DNA from: Ministeria vibrans ATCC 50519
Lineage: Eukaryota; Protista; Filasterea
Direction: 5' to 3'
Length of the DNA stretch: 46,392 nt
Assembly (NCBI GenBank): GCA_943704425.1
Contig: CALSCP010000032.1
Span: 10,053 to 56,444 of the forward strand
Shown: in pieces, positions 24,644-36,022 of the stretch
Numbering within the stretch: the stretch's first letter is position 1
Layout of the letters: every line of letters begins with the position of its first letter
Program-made: the position numbers and the translations under genes
Notes under the pieces: generated by a model
What the model was told of the DNA's origin: nothing
The model's database searches: none
What the model saw: the letters and a program-made list of their open reading frames with translations, nothing else

Positions 24644-27600
24644 ATGCATTGGGTGATCGCTGTGGTGTTTGTGTGTCTTGGCACGGCACACGCGCAAATT
24701 CTGTCGCTCGTCGCTCAGTCTGTGTCGCCAGGCTCAAACGACGACGGTTTCGCAACGTCCATCTGGGTCAACAGCACCGACATGTTTGTTGGTGACCCCG
24801 GCGAAGAACGCGTAAGTTCAAATATCTCTGAAATTCGATTTTTCAGCACTTTGCGGTTTTTCCTTTCTTCTTTTTTTTTTTTGATGTTTTTTTTTTTGCT
24901 CTTTTTGAGCTGTTGGTGTCATTCCGAGTGTTGTGTGCCTTGTTTCGTCGAACCACCACATGCTGGGAGCTGTTGAGAGTCCCCCGTGCGTGCTGACTGG
25001 CCATTTTCGAAGCGGGCGTGTGAGTTTCCTCTCAAAAGGGTTTTTTTGTCTTGTAGGTTGTCTATTTCCAGCACAGCGCAGCGACCTGGACGCAGACGCA
25101 GGTGATCGAGTCGCCGATCACGCCGGAGAAGGCATACTTTGGAAAGAGCGTGGCGTCCGGGAGTGCGCTGTCTCCGTCGCAGGGCAACAGCGCATCCTTT
25201 GTGCTTGTGGGCGCACCAGCCGCCTACTCGCACGCCAACAGCGCCCACTCGATGGGCCGCGTGTACCCCTATGTGCGCACGTCGACGGCGGCCTCGTGGA
25301 CGGCCATGGCTCCGCTGGAGCCCACCGAGACGCACGACAGTCAGTTTTTCGGTCTGGCCGTTGCGGTTGCGTCCACCTACGACGCATCCAACGCACGCAA
25401 GGACATTCTCTTTGTGGGCGCCCCCGGCGGCGAGGGTGGCAGCGGACGTGTGTACGTGTACGAGGACCTCTACCAGACGTCGACGCCCCAGGTGCTCGTC
25501 ATGGGCATTGGCAACTTCTACAACTTTGGGATGCAAATTGGCACGGACCAGCACCATGCGCTGAACCAGGGAGCCTCGCAAGCGCACACTGTCGTTGCCA
25601 TTCCAACTATGGCTCAGCAGAATCCGTTTACGTCGAATCCCGGCGGTGTGCTCACCTACTTCACGAGCGTCACGTACAACAGGGGAACGGGTGTAATCGC
25701 CGTGAACAACGCCGCCAACTATTATACCATTCGCAACGGCGAGATCTTCAACTCGGTGACTCTCAGCGGAGATTTTGCCTATGTTGGGCTTAACATGATT
25801 GCGGGCGTCAAGGATACACCCGCGTATCGTGCCGATGGCGTCGCATTGCGCATTTTCTTTGATGGCAACACATGGAGTCGCACAGCGACCCCCTTCTATG
25901 CTCCCGAGGGCACCAGCGTCCCCGACGGCTTCTCTACCAGCATCGCCGTGTACGGCAACCAGGTTGCCATTGGCGTGTATGCGTCGCCCGATTCGGCCGT
26001 CGCCAACCAGGTGTGGCTCTACGACTGTCCTCAGTCGCCGTCCAACGCGCCTGGCGCAGCGTGCCCTAGTGGCGCTGTGCTCGCACCCCCCACCGGTGTG
26101 ACCATCACTCCCAGCTGGGGCTATGCCGTTGCCATTTCCCAGACACGCGTGGTTATCTCGAGTGGCTCTGAAGTCGTGCTGCTGTCGCCCGTCGTCAACG
26201 GCGGCTGGTCCTCGTGGACTGCCTACTCCACTTGCACCAATGTGTGCGGTGTGGGCACCAAGACACGCACACGCACCTGCACCAATCCTTACCCGGAGAA
26301 TGGTGGTTTGCCGTGCCCCAACTCGGCGTCGGACACGCAATCGTGCAGTTCGTACACGTGGTCTTGGGATTCGTCGGCCTGGGGACTTTGTGGCGGCAGT
26401 ACAAGCGCGTGTGGTACCACCACTCGAACACGCACCAATTCGTGTGTGCGTTGCGACGGACAGGTCGAGTCGTCGTTTGCCGAGTGCTCGGGACTGCCGG
26501 GCGGTGCGCCCGCCACCAGCGAGACCTGTGTCACCTATTTCTACACGTGGAAGTCGCGCAATCAGCCGAGTGCGTGCGGCACGACCTGTGGTATCAGCAC
26601 CTACACCGACTTTGTTGACTGTTGGCGCTGTGACAACACCAAGGTGGCCGATTCCTTTTGCAATCCGGGCACGCGCCCTGCCGAGAGCTTCCCCTGCAGC
26701 TCGTACACGTGGGCGTGGCAGTCGGGCAGCTGGGCGGCATGCACGGGCAACTGTCCCGGATCACGCTCACGGCAAGTGGCGTGCACCCGATGCGACAACC
26801 TCCAGACCGATGTGAGCCAGTGTACGGCGGCTTCCAAGCCAGCGACCACGCAGAATTGCGCCGTCTACACCTACTCGTGGTCCACTGGCAGCTACTCGGC
26901 GTGTCCGGCGTGCTCCGGCACTCAGACGCGCACAGTCACATGCTACCGCTGTGGCTCAACTGTCGTCTCGTCGGGCTGTGCGTTGCCTAAGCCGGCAACA
27001 TCTCGCTCGTGCACCGCCTACACCTACAGCTGGGTCATTGGTGCGTGGGGTGGCTGCTCGGCTAGCTGTGGTGGTGGCACTCAACGTCGCACCGTCACGT
27101 GCACTCGCTGTGACGGAGCTGGTGTCGGCGACAGCTTTTGCACGACGAGCAAGCCGACGACGTCACAGAGTTGCAACACAGGCAGTTGCGGCTGCTTTGC
27201 TGTAGACTCGACAGTGCAACTCGTGGATGGCACATCGCCAGCGACAACAACAACCGTGAGCGAGCTCAAGAGCGGCGATCGTGTGAGGACTTTTAGCGAT
27301 GCAGGTGTCCCAAGCGACTCTCGAGTGTGCTTGGTGCGTCGGCACGACGACGGCTCCGCTCTCGTCGAGATCACAACCGTGGCAAACACGACGTTGCGCC
27401 TCACTCCTCAACATCTCGTGTATCGCTTCTCCAAGAAACAACAGCAGATGGAGGTGGAAGAGGGTACAGTGTTCAGTCGGGCTGTGTCTGAGCTCGTGCT
27501 GGCCGAGACCATTGGCGCGGGCGATCTGATCTTCGTTGCGACGAGCACATCGGTTGACAGTGCAACGGTGCTCAGGGCTCAGCGAGTGCGATCTGTCTCG

Positions 27601-27930
27601 CGCACTTCCGATGAACATCCTTTTGTGACAGTGTTGACCCTGGATCATCGTATTGTCGTTGATGGCGTTGCTCTCTCGACGTATTCCGTCAATTGGTGGT
27701 GGGACTTTATCGACAGGTAAGTCTCAAGACGACGAAAATGTGTTTCTGTTTCTGTTTCCTGTTTACTCACACCATGGTGTTTCTTTATCTTTTGCAGTTT
27801 GGACGTGCTTGTGATGTGTCGCGTTGCGCCTGCGCTTCTCGAGCACCCGCTGGTACAGTCGGCTGTTGCCACATACGACAACCTTATGGAGCCTCTGGCG
27901 AGCCGCCTCTTTGTCTGGCTAGGCAGTTGA
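24644..27930 (+). CDS. Secreted protein: FG-GAP beta-propeller + 6 TSP1 repeats + Hedgehog-type Hint/Hog domain. Exons 24644-24811, 25057-27716, 27798-27930
   Basis: Signal peptide MHWVIAVVFVCLGTAHA; about 7 FG...GAP-like blades (YFGKSVA..VGAP..GRVY; FFGLAVA..VGAP..GRVYVY); TSP1 WSSW..CT..CG.G..TRTRTC plus 5 ADAMTS-like TSP1; G|CFAVDSTV...VSELKSGDRV...LRLTPQHLVY...IVVDGVALSTY. Confidence 0.9.
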
Positions 27931-28079
27931 AAATGTGCCTCGACACTCGCGTGCATACGATGTCTTCCCTGTATATGAACCCATTTAATATTATTACATC
28001 AAGATGAAGTTCTTTGAGTTGAAACAAACCGTAAACATACATAACGGGTTTATTTTATTTACCTTTTTAATCATTAGCA

Positions 28080-29608
28080 ATGGTCTCTCGACACGAGCTT
28101 CTCTCGGCTCTTCTTCCCGTGTTCGCATACTGCATGTGCTCGGCGGCCATGATCTACACCAACAAGGCGATCCTGACGACCTTCCTTTTCCACTATCCCA
28201 CAGTGCTTCTGGTCGTCCAGGTACGAATCGCGCTGCTGCCGCCCCCCGCTCTCAATGCCGCGTCTCTTTAGAGCGGCATTGGCGCTGTTGTGTTGTACGT
28301 GCTGAACAGCATGGACGTGGTGACGGTAGAGCCGCTGACGGCGACCAGCGTCGTTCAATGTAAGCAATTCGATTCGACGCCGACCTGAAACGTGTCTCAC
28401 CCTCTTACGACGCACAGGGCTTCCCGTTGCCACCATCTTTTGCACGATGATCTTTACGAGCACAAAAGCGTACGTGTGCATGGGTTCGATGCGTCCAACT
28501 GATCGTGATGTTCCTGTGGTAGGATGGAACTGTTGCCCATTCCGCACGTCAACGTGTTCAAACAAACAACCAACATTGCGATTGCGTTTGGTGACTGGTA
28601 TCTCTACGGCAACACCGTGACGGCAGGAGTTGGTGCTGCACTGGCGTGTATGGTAAGAATGGGGCTGGGGGGCGGCGACGGCGGCGACGGTGGACGCACG
28701 AGCTGTCTCACGCTGTTTGCTTAGGTGGCCGGTTCGCTGTTGACGGGACACTTTGACACGATTGGCACGACCCAGGGCTACATATGGATGGCACTAAATG
28801 TCTTGAGCACCGGTACGATGAGGGCGAGCAGAATTACCGATGTTATGCAATCAAATTTATGAATTGTATTGTGCTTGTGCGTGTGTGTGTGTGTGTGTGT
28901 TGTTTTCTTATATGTTTTTCTTGCAGCGTCGTACTCGCTGTATGTCAAGAGAGCACAGCGACAGGCGAACCTGGGCAACTGGGGCATGTCGTACCACAGC
29001 AACGCCCTGTGCTTTGCCATGCTTCTTCCCTTTGCCTTTGTCAGCGGCGAAGCATCGCGTGCCCTTGCATTGTACGCACTGAGCTCGCGGAACGTGTTGG
29101 CCTTGATACTCATTTATTATTTTTATTTTGGGGGGTTTTTTTTTCTTTTGGGGTTGTAGTGATTATTTAGGAGACGGGTCATTTCAGCTTTTAATAGTGT
29201 TTTCAGGCATAGTGGGAACACTGTTAGGGTTTACACTCTACTGGTTGATTGGCGCCACATCACCGACCACAGTTAGGTAGGAGAAAGAGGGAGATAGACA
29301 CAGAGCGAGTGCGAGACAGAGAAAGACACAGAGACAGATGTATTTAAAATGGGTGTATGTGTATTTGTGTGCGGTTATGAGTCTGACGTGCGGTACGTTT
29401 TAGTATGGTGGGCTCTCTGAATAAGGTCCCGATGACGTTTATTTCGCTGCTGGTCTTTGATACACCTCTGACTCAGCAGAGCACGATCAGCATTGCCTTT
29501 GGTCTTGCTTCGGGTGTATTCTACTCGTTTGCCAAGTACCATGCCAGAGGAAGAGCAACGACTGGGGACCCCGTCAAACCCATTGGGCGTCCTGAACAGT
29601 CTGTGTGA
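28080..29608 (+). CDS. Golgi nucleotide-sugar transporter (SLC35D / GDP-mannose transporter-like), multi-exon
   Basis: AYC.CSAAMIYTNKAIL..F.FHYP; LPIPHVNVFKQTT; WGMSYHSN; TSPTT; MVGSLNKVP; multiple TM segments. Confidence 0.82.
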
Positions 29609-29650
29609 CGGGCTTTGAACTTTAACTGTAACAACACGTGTACTTTGGCG

Positions 29651-29654
29651 AGCG

Positions 29655-29738
<84 letters not shown>

Positions 29739-29772
29739 GGAAGAAACAAAGTGATAAGAGAGAGAGAGAGAG
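29651..29772. repeat. (GA)n microsatellite with embedded AGAAACAAAGTGATA motif
   Basis: Directly visible. Confidence 0.88.
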
Positions 29773-29781
29773 ATGTATTTA

Positions 29782-32118
29782 TTACACAGCGAGTGTGATG
29801 GCAGCATCAGTGATTGGAGGACACAACGCTGTGATGTGAGAGCGCAGAGCCTGTTCGTTAAGTCTCGCCGGTGGGTCGCGCGGCAGTGTCTGTGCGTGTA
29901 GACGCATCAAAGCACGGTGCTGCAGCGTGTACAGTGCGGGTTGGCGCAAGAGTGAATGGATCGCACCAATGTCCGGTCTCGCCTGCGTCAAACCGTCGAC
30001 ACAATGAGTATCTCCACCTGGATGTATTGTTATTCATATAATTACATTCGGTACCTCGTCGAGTGCAGTTCGGCGCATGTCGGAAAGAACGTGGATGTCG
30101 GCGTGTGCGTGGACTAAAGTGTGCACTGCGGTGTAGTCGCCCTGTGCTGCGGCCGTGTGAAGTGGAGTAAATCCATTTGTAGAGTTTTGCACATTGATTT
30201 GTGCTCCCGCGTGCGTGAGCTGGAGGAGCAGCTCGGGCGTGAGTGTGACCTGTCGGGTGTGCAATGGTGTTGCTCCGGTGTTGTTACGCGCGTTGGGATT
30301 GGCGCCCGCCGCAAGCAACAGTGCCAGTGCGTCGTGGTTCGCCGAGCCCTCGATGGGGGCATTCAGCAGGCAGTGCAATGCGGTGGAGCCGTTTGCATCT
30401 CCCGCACACACATTTGCCTCGTGCTCCACCAAAACACGCACTAATTTGTCGGTGAGTGCGTGATTTCGAGCGGCCAATCTGCGATATGGAGCGCGTATTA
30501 TTATTATTATTATTATTATTGTTATTATTATTATTATTTTTAATTATATTCTCTTATTAGTATGCGTACCGGCAGGCCACAATAAGTGGAGTCTCTCGTT
30601 GATCATTGCAAATTGCGTCAATTTGAGCGCCTTTTGCCAAGAGAAGCTCAACGAGGGAGCGAGGTGCCTGTCTCGATACGGCTGTGCCCAGAGGAGTGGC
30701 GGGTGTTGTTTCAATGTTTTCGCCGTCCAGCTCCACATTCACAGGTGCCCCCAGTCTAATGAGCTGCTCAGCAATCTGTAATAATTATGATAATAAGAAT
30801 AAAAATATGAGTGATAAGAACTTACGCCGAATTTTTTTGCGTCAATAAAGGCAACGAGGGGCGAGCGGATGGACTGAGATTTGGTTTGCACTATGGTTGC
30901 AACAGAGGCACCTGCATCAAGCAGTAGGTTGACGGTGCTCTGTGCACGGTCGACGGGGGCAGACGCAGCGTACATGAGTGGCGTGAACCCTGTGGAGGCA
31001 CTTGGCGCGTCCACTGAGGCGCCTGCCGCCAGCAACTCCGTCGCGACTCGGTCGGAACCACGCTGCGCTGCAAAATGAAGAGCGCTACACCCGAGTGTTG
31101 GGATATGCGCGTTGACGTTGTTGGTTTGCACAAGCAAGAATAGTAGCGCCTCTTCATGTCCGTTTTTTGCCGCCAAATTCAATGGAGTGACACCTACAAA
31201 AAGCAATTGAAGAATATACATCGGACGACACAGCGTTGAGTGTATACGACATTGCCACACACATCACTGCACAACATACCCTTGTCGTCTGGCTTTTCAA
31301 ACGATGCGCCCGCATCAACGAGCCATTGGACCATTTGGCGTTTTCGCTCAAAATCAACGACGCAATCATGCAAGGCCGTTCTTCCTCCCGAACGAGCTCG
31401 ATTCACATCTGCTCCCGCTTGAATCAGTGCCTGTACATTCTCGTCGTGATTCAAACTGATCGCCACATGCAATGGAGACCAGCCGCTGCTATCCGAAATG
31501 TTTGTTCGCGCTCCTTTTAGCGACAAGACGAGACACAATGCGGCAGATTGAATTGAAGCAGCCTGCAGAAAGGAGGGTGGGTTGGTTCAGCGTCTTCGTA
31601 TCAAGTGTGTACTACACATCAATGGAATACTGCACACGGTGTGGTTTCAACCACAGCCGCCCCCAAACGAGGATGCGGTCAAGGGGTGTTGCGATTTCCT
31701 CAACCCAAATGAATTGTTATGCCTCAGTTGCAAGTTCACCAAGGAACGCGACACAACTTGCGCGGATCTTACCTCGTGGACTAAGGACCAACCAAATCTG
31801 TCTTTGTGGTTTGGTTTGACGTGGTTTGGAGAGCGTAGGAAAAGGCGCTTGAGTTGAGAGTGGTGTCCTTTGCGAATCATCTACAGAAACGCAGATGAGC
31901 GCATCTTGTGTGAGAAGGACACTAGAAAGCGGTGCATGTGCAACAGTATGTGTATAAGTTAGGAGGTTGTGCAGAACTGGCCGGGTTCAAGCGACGGAGA
32001 GCGCCAGGTGGAATACAAATTTTTGGGATTTGTGGTCGAATAGAGATTTTTGATCTTGCAAGATCACCTCTCTTGCTTCCTCGTGCACATCTTTTCTCGA
32101 GCTACACAGTTGTCCCAT
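29782..32118 (-). CDS. Ankyrin-repeat protein with C-terminal SOCS-box-like motif and probable N-terminal MGQLCS lipidation motif
   Basis: Many GxTPLH-type ankyrin repeats (GWSPLHVA, GRTALH, GVTPLNLAA, GFTPLMYAA, GFTPLHTAA); the last exon has the BC-box-like PALYTLQHRALMRL. The exon-1 donor site is uncertain. Confidence 0.78.
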
Positions 32119-32296
32119 GCTATATAGTTGAATTATGAGGCGTCAAAGTCAGATTTGGCAAAAAAGATCACAATTGAGAATAAATGGTGCAGAATGAAAG
32201 AATAGTGACGGAATTAATTTTTTTTATTGTCCGCTTTGATGTCCTGAATAACTTACTTCATTTCTTCTTAATTTATTATAATAAAAATTATTATTA

Positions 32297-32913
32297 TTAG
32301 AATGCAAGATATGCATTGATGGGACGACACGCTTCAATGCGCAGCAGCGCAATGCACTGCGAAAAGGCGGTGACGGCAGAGTGTGGCGGGCGCCCCATGT
32401 ACATTGCATCCACATCCTGGAGACGAGGGAAGAAGGAGATGCGAAGAAGATGCGAACACACATGAGAAGACAAAAAGAAGGGCACTCAATCCTCATACTC
32501 TCTTCCATGTATACAGCACCGAATCCGACACGGCATTGAGAGCTGAGCATTTCTGGCTGGGTCCCTAAAACACCGAAGCATAATTAATTTTTGTCTTCTT
32601 TTTCTTTTTCTATTTTCAACCGCCTCTCCAGCAGGCTGTGCTTCCCCAGATTTTGTCGTCATACCTCAATGTTAGAAATAAAGGCGCATAACACAACGCG
32701 AAGTACTTCGCACATGGCAGCGACTGAAGTGGAGCGTGCATTGGCAAGGAGTCCGTAACAAAGTCGCGACACTTCATCCTGATCGGACTAATAAAAAGTA
32801 TAATAATAAAAATAATTAATATTATTAATACTAGTATTATTAGTTTTGTTTTGACATTGAGTACAGCTCTCGATTTTCTATTTATTTTCTTATTATTATT
32901 ATTTTATTATTAC

Positions 32914-32949
<36 letters not shown>

Positions 32950-34131
32950 CATTATTATTATTATTATCATTATTATTATTATTATTATTGTTATTATTAT
33001 TATTATTATTATTATTGTCATTATTATTATTATTAATGTGTTCGTTTCGTACCTGAGTGACAATCTCATGGATGATGACGGAAGCAATGCTGTACTCGCA
33101 GAGTCGGAGAAATCGCGCACAGTTGGCCCAAGTAAAACGCCGTGTGACAATGCGAAAAAGACCCGCTGCCTGAGGCGCATCTGAGATGCAAGTGCGCACA
33201 CACACGCAAAAAACGCTCGCCAGTGGAAGCATGTGCACATCCGACACCTACTCAAACAAAAGTTGATCGCGAAAAGAATGAGTAACAGAAGAAAAAAGTA
33301 ATTATCTCAAGGTGTGAAATTGTACCTCGAGGTACTCTTGAGAATTCCAGGTGACACGCAACTGCTCGCCAATGCCTCGATAGTTCGGCAGTGCCTCGAC
33401 GAGATGGAGACGCGCCATGTTCATTTGGTGCACATGGTCATGAACGTCGACTACATTGGCATGGTTCCAGTTGGGGACGGTGACAGTGGCAGCAGTGGCG
33501 ACGGCAGCGACGGCTGCTGCGGTCGCAAGGGCTTCAGCCTCGTTCTCGTCGGCGTTTTGGTCGCCATGGCTGTCGTGCTGGTGATTGAAAAAATACGTTT
33601 GGCCACACAAGTCCTCCTCAAGCATTTCTTGCAATGCCAACTCTTCGTCGTCAAATGAATCTTGATCTTCGACACGCGCCTCGTCATCGTCGACCACCAT
33701 CTGGTCGTGCGCCTCCTCTCTGTTCACCTCCATGTCGCCGGGCTCGGGCACCACCTGCAGACGAGCGTTGGCAGCACCGTCGTTGTCGTTGTCGTGGCGA
33801 TTCTCATGTGAGTGTGACACAGGGGCACCCTCGTTCGCAAAACGGCAAGTATGTGAGGCTGCTCGCGCATTCAACTCCCAAAAGTTGCTCGTGAAAAAGG
33901 TCCAACAGAGATGCTCGCCACAGGTGCCGCACAGTGGCAGGCCTAACACGTAGATGAAGCGAGCAATGGTCTGTTCGGCGGAGCGTTGGCGGCTACTCTT
34001 TCGATCGGTCGACGTTGTGCTACGTCGAGCTGTTGGTGTGGGCACTGTCTGCATGAGCGCTTCGAGAATGGGCCGACAGAAACGCGATGCACGCTCCATT
34101 GCACTGTCGTCCGTACACATCGGTTCGCTAC

Positions 34132-34203
<72 letters not shown>

Positions 34204-35248
34204 GAAACCAGAATGGCGGTTAATGGACACACGCCATTCTATCATTACTTTGCGGCTTACCACCAGTGGGGGCCGGTCAAGAGAGCGGAAAGTGTTCGAT
34301 TGAGTGTGACATTGTCATCGTCGTGCGCCCACGAGTCCACAATGAAAACACCCAACTGCTTGGACACTAGCTCGTTGGCTACAAGCGAGCCTACCATTGT
34401 AGGGTCCAGCATAAGGTGTGGACGGGCGAGCAACGATCGCAATGTCCATGACACTTGTACTGGACTGCCCATCATCTGGACGCGACGCAGTGCATTTCCG
34501 AGCCAGTGTGGCTGCTCTTCGCATGCCATCAGCGTCAGTAGTGTTGCAAGGGTATGTGAGAATGTGCATTTCGCCGCACCCTGCAGACAGAGAAGAGTGA
34601 AAGATGAGAGTAAGAAGACGACGGTGGTTTGGGTAGCGTTTTACAAAAGCTTGCGCCTGACAGCCTCTTGTGAGCTCCTTTTGAATGGTACTGTGATAAA
34701 TAAGTGTCGAATCGATAAACCCACTGATGAGCAGCGTGAAGAACCGACACGACTGGGCGAGATGCTGAAAAAGCACAGAAAAGATTGAAAACAAGGCGTT
34801 TCCAGAGAAACCGCGCCGCCACAAATGAAAATCAGTGCATCGTAGAACAAATATTACAAAACAAGAGTCAAGTCTGTCGACGAGCGGTTTAAGAGAGAGA
34901 GAGAGATATGAAAAAAAAAAGTGGTATAAAAATCGTTTTTTTTTCTGTTTTGCGAGTTGAACCGAATTTTGTCGCTGTCAGACGCAGTTGCTTACCGCAA
35001 GGTCGGTGCAGCTCAGAGTTGAAAAGATGGCGCACTGTATTTCGTTGGGAAGCGTCGTCAGAGAGCTGGTCGAGCAAACACAGTGGTGAGCGACACGGGA
35101 AGAGAAGCGCGCGAAAATTGAAAACATAAAACACCGAGACAGGGCAAAACGCGTTTCGATCGTGTGTGTGTGTTTCGCTATGAATTTACCGTGTGTTCCG
35201 TCGTGGCACTGCACGTGCATCACTGTGGTCTTTGGTCATTGTCTGCAT
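32297..35248 (-). CDS. F-box protein, FBXO47/PROM-1-like, about 9 exons
   Basis: Spliced N-terminus MQTMTK...R|SLTTLPNEIQCAIFSTLSCTDLA|HLAQSCRFF is an F-box. Later segments (WLGNALRR, RFCRPIL, ARFIYVLGLP...HLCW, FTWANCARFLRL, EVSRLCYGL) resemble FBXO47 blocks as I recall them. The F-box call is firm; FBXO47 orthology is tentative. Confidence 0.7.
32890..33035. repeat. (TAT)n trinucleotide microsatellite, intronic
   Basis: Directly visible. Confidence 0.9.
34134..34202. repeat. (CA)n microsatellite, intronic
   Basis: Directly visible. Confidence 0.9.
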
Positions 35249-35396
35249 GCTGTTATGGCGGCGAAAATTCGACGAGCGAGTCGGTGACGGCGGCTGATAT
35301 CGCGAAGTGTCGTTCTGCGTTTTTGTTTTTTGTGTGTGATACAAACAGATGTCTATTCAGCGTCACATAGTCTTTCAGGCTGGTAATATTGAATAG

Positions 35397-35431
35397 TCAA
35401 CGCGTAGAAAAATGTACACGGGACGCGTTGA
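35397..35431. promoter_or_regulatory. Dyad element TCAACGCGT-N17-ACGCGTTGA in the bidirectional F-box/HOP2 promoter
   Basis: Perfect 9-bp inverted repeat, each arm containing ACGCGT; function is inferred only. Confidence 0.4.
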
Positions 35432-35628
35432 ATGTCGACAGAATCTTACCATGAAGCAAAAAGACAAAAAGAGTGAAATTAAAATAGTCAATGAAATGAA
35501 CCCGATCTTGTTTATTTTCTGTTAGGATTTAAGAATAATTAGAAATATTATTCTTATTTTGCTCAAATAACTAAGGAGTAGTTAGAAGACGGAGTAAGCG
35601 CAATCTAGCCGACGAGTCAACTGTGAAG

Positions 35629-35989
35629 ATGGGAAAACCTGCAGCCAAGGGATCCGTCAAAGGATCAGAAGGTATAATAGCTGTTTCAAAAGATTGAAAT
35701 GGGCCCTGGCAAACGGATATTTACTTGGAATTGGTCCTCTGAGAATATATTGAGGCATTAATAGACGTCGTGACGGCCAAAAACAAGCCTACATGTACTT
35801 TTGCAAACTGTGTTTGAAACTCGTTTTCGACGCGTCGACCAAAATAACGGAAATCTCCTCTGCTCACCCATTGATTCGACTTATTCCACGTAGCAAATGA
35901 CCTTATTCTTGAGTACATGGTCAAACAGAATCGTCCCTACAGTGCAGGTGCGTAGACACTCTCTTGGCGCTTTCATTGTCTAACGTCTT

Positions 35990-36022
<33 letters not shown>

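Noticed and set aside
24644-26190. True integrin alpha subunit
   Set aside because: FG-GAP blades are present, but there are no DxDxDG calcium loops, thigh/calf domains, TM helix or GFFKR motif.
24919-26340. Long antisense ORFs (473 aa here; also 3069-4007, 13183-13992, 18357-19719)
   Set aside because: Shadow ORFs of GC-rich coding exons, with no recognisable motifs.
27193-27716. Self-splicing intein, or a bona fide hedgehog gene
   Set aside because: No terminal His-Asn followed by Cys/Ser/Thr, no endonuclease and no C-extein; there is also no N-terminal Hedge domain.
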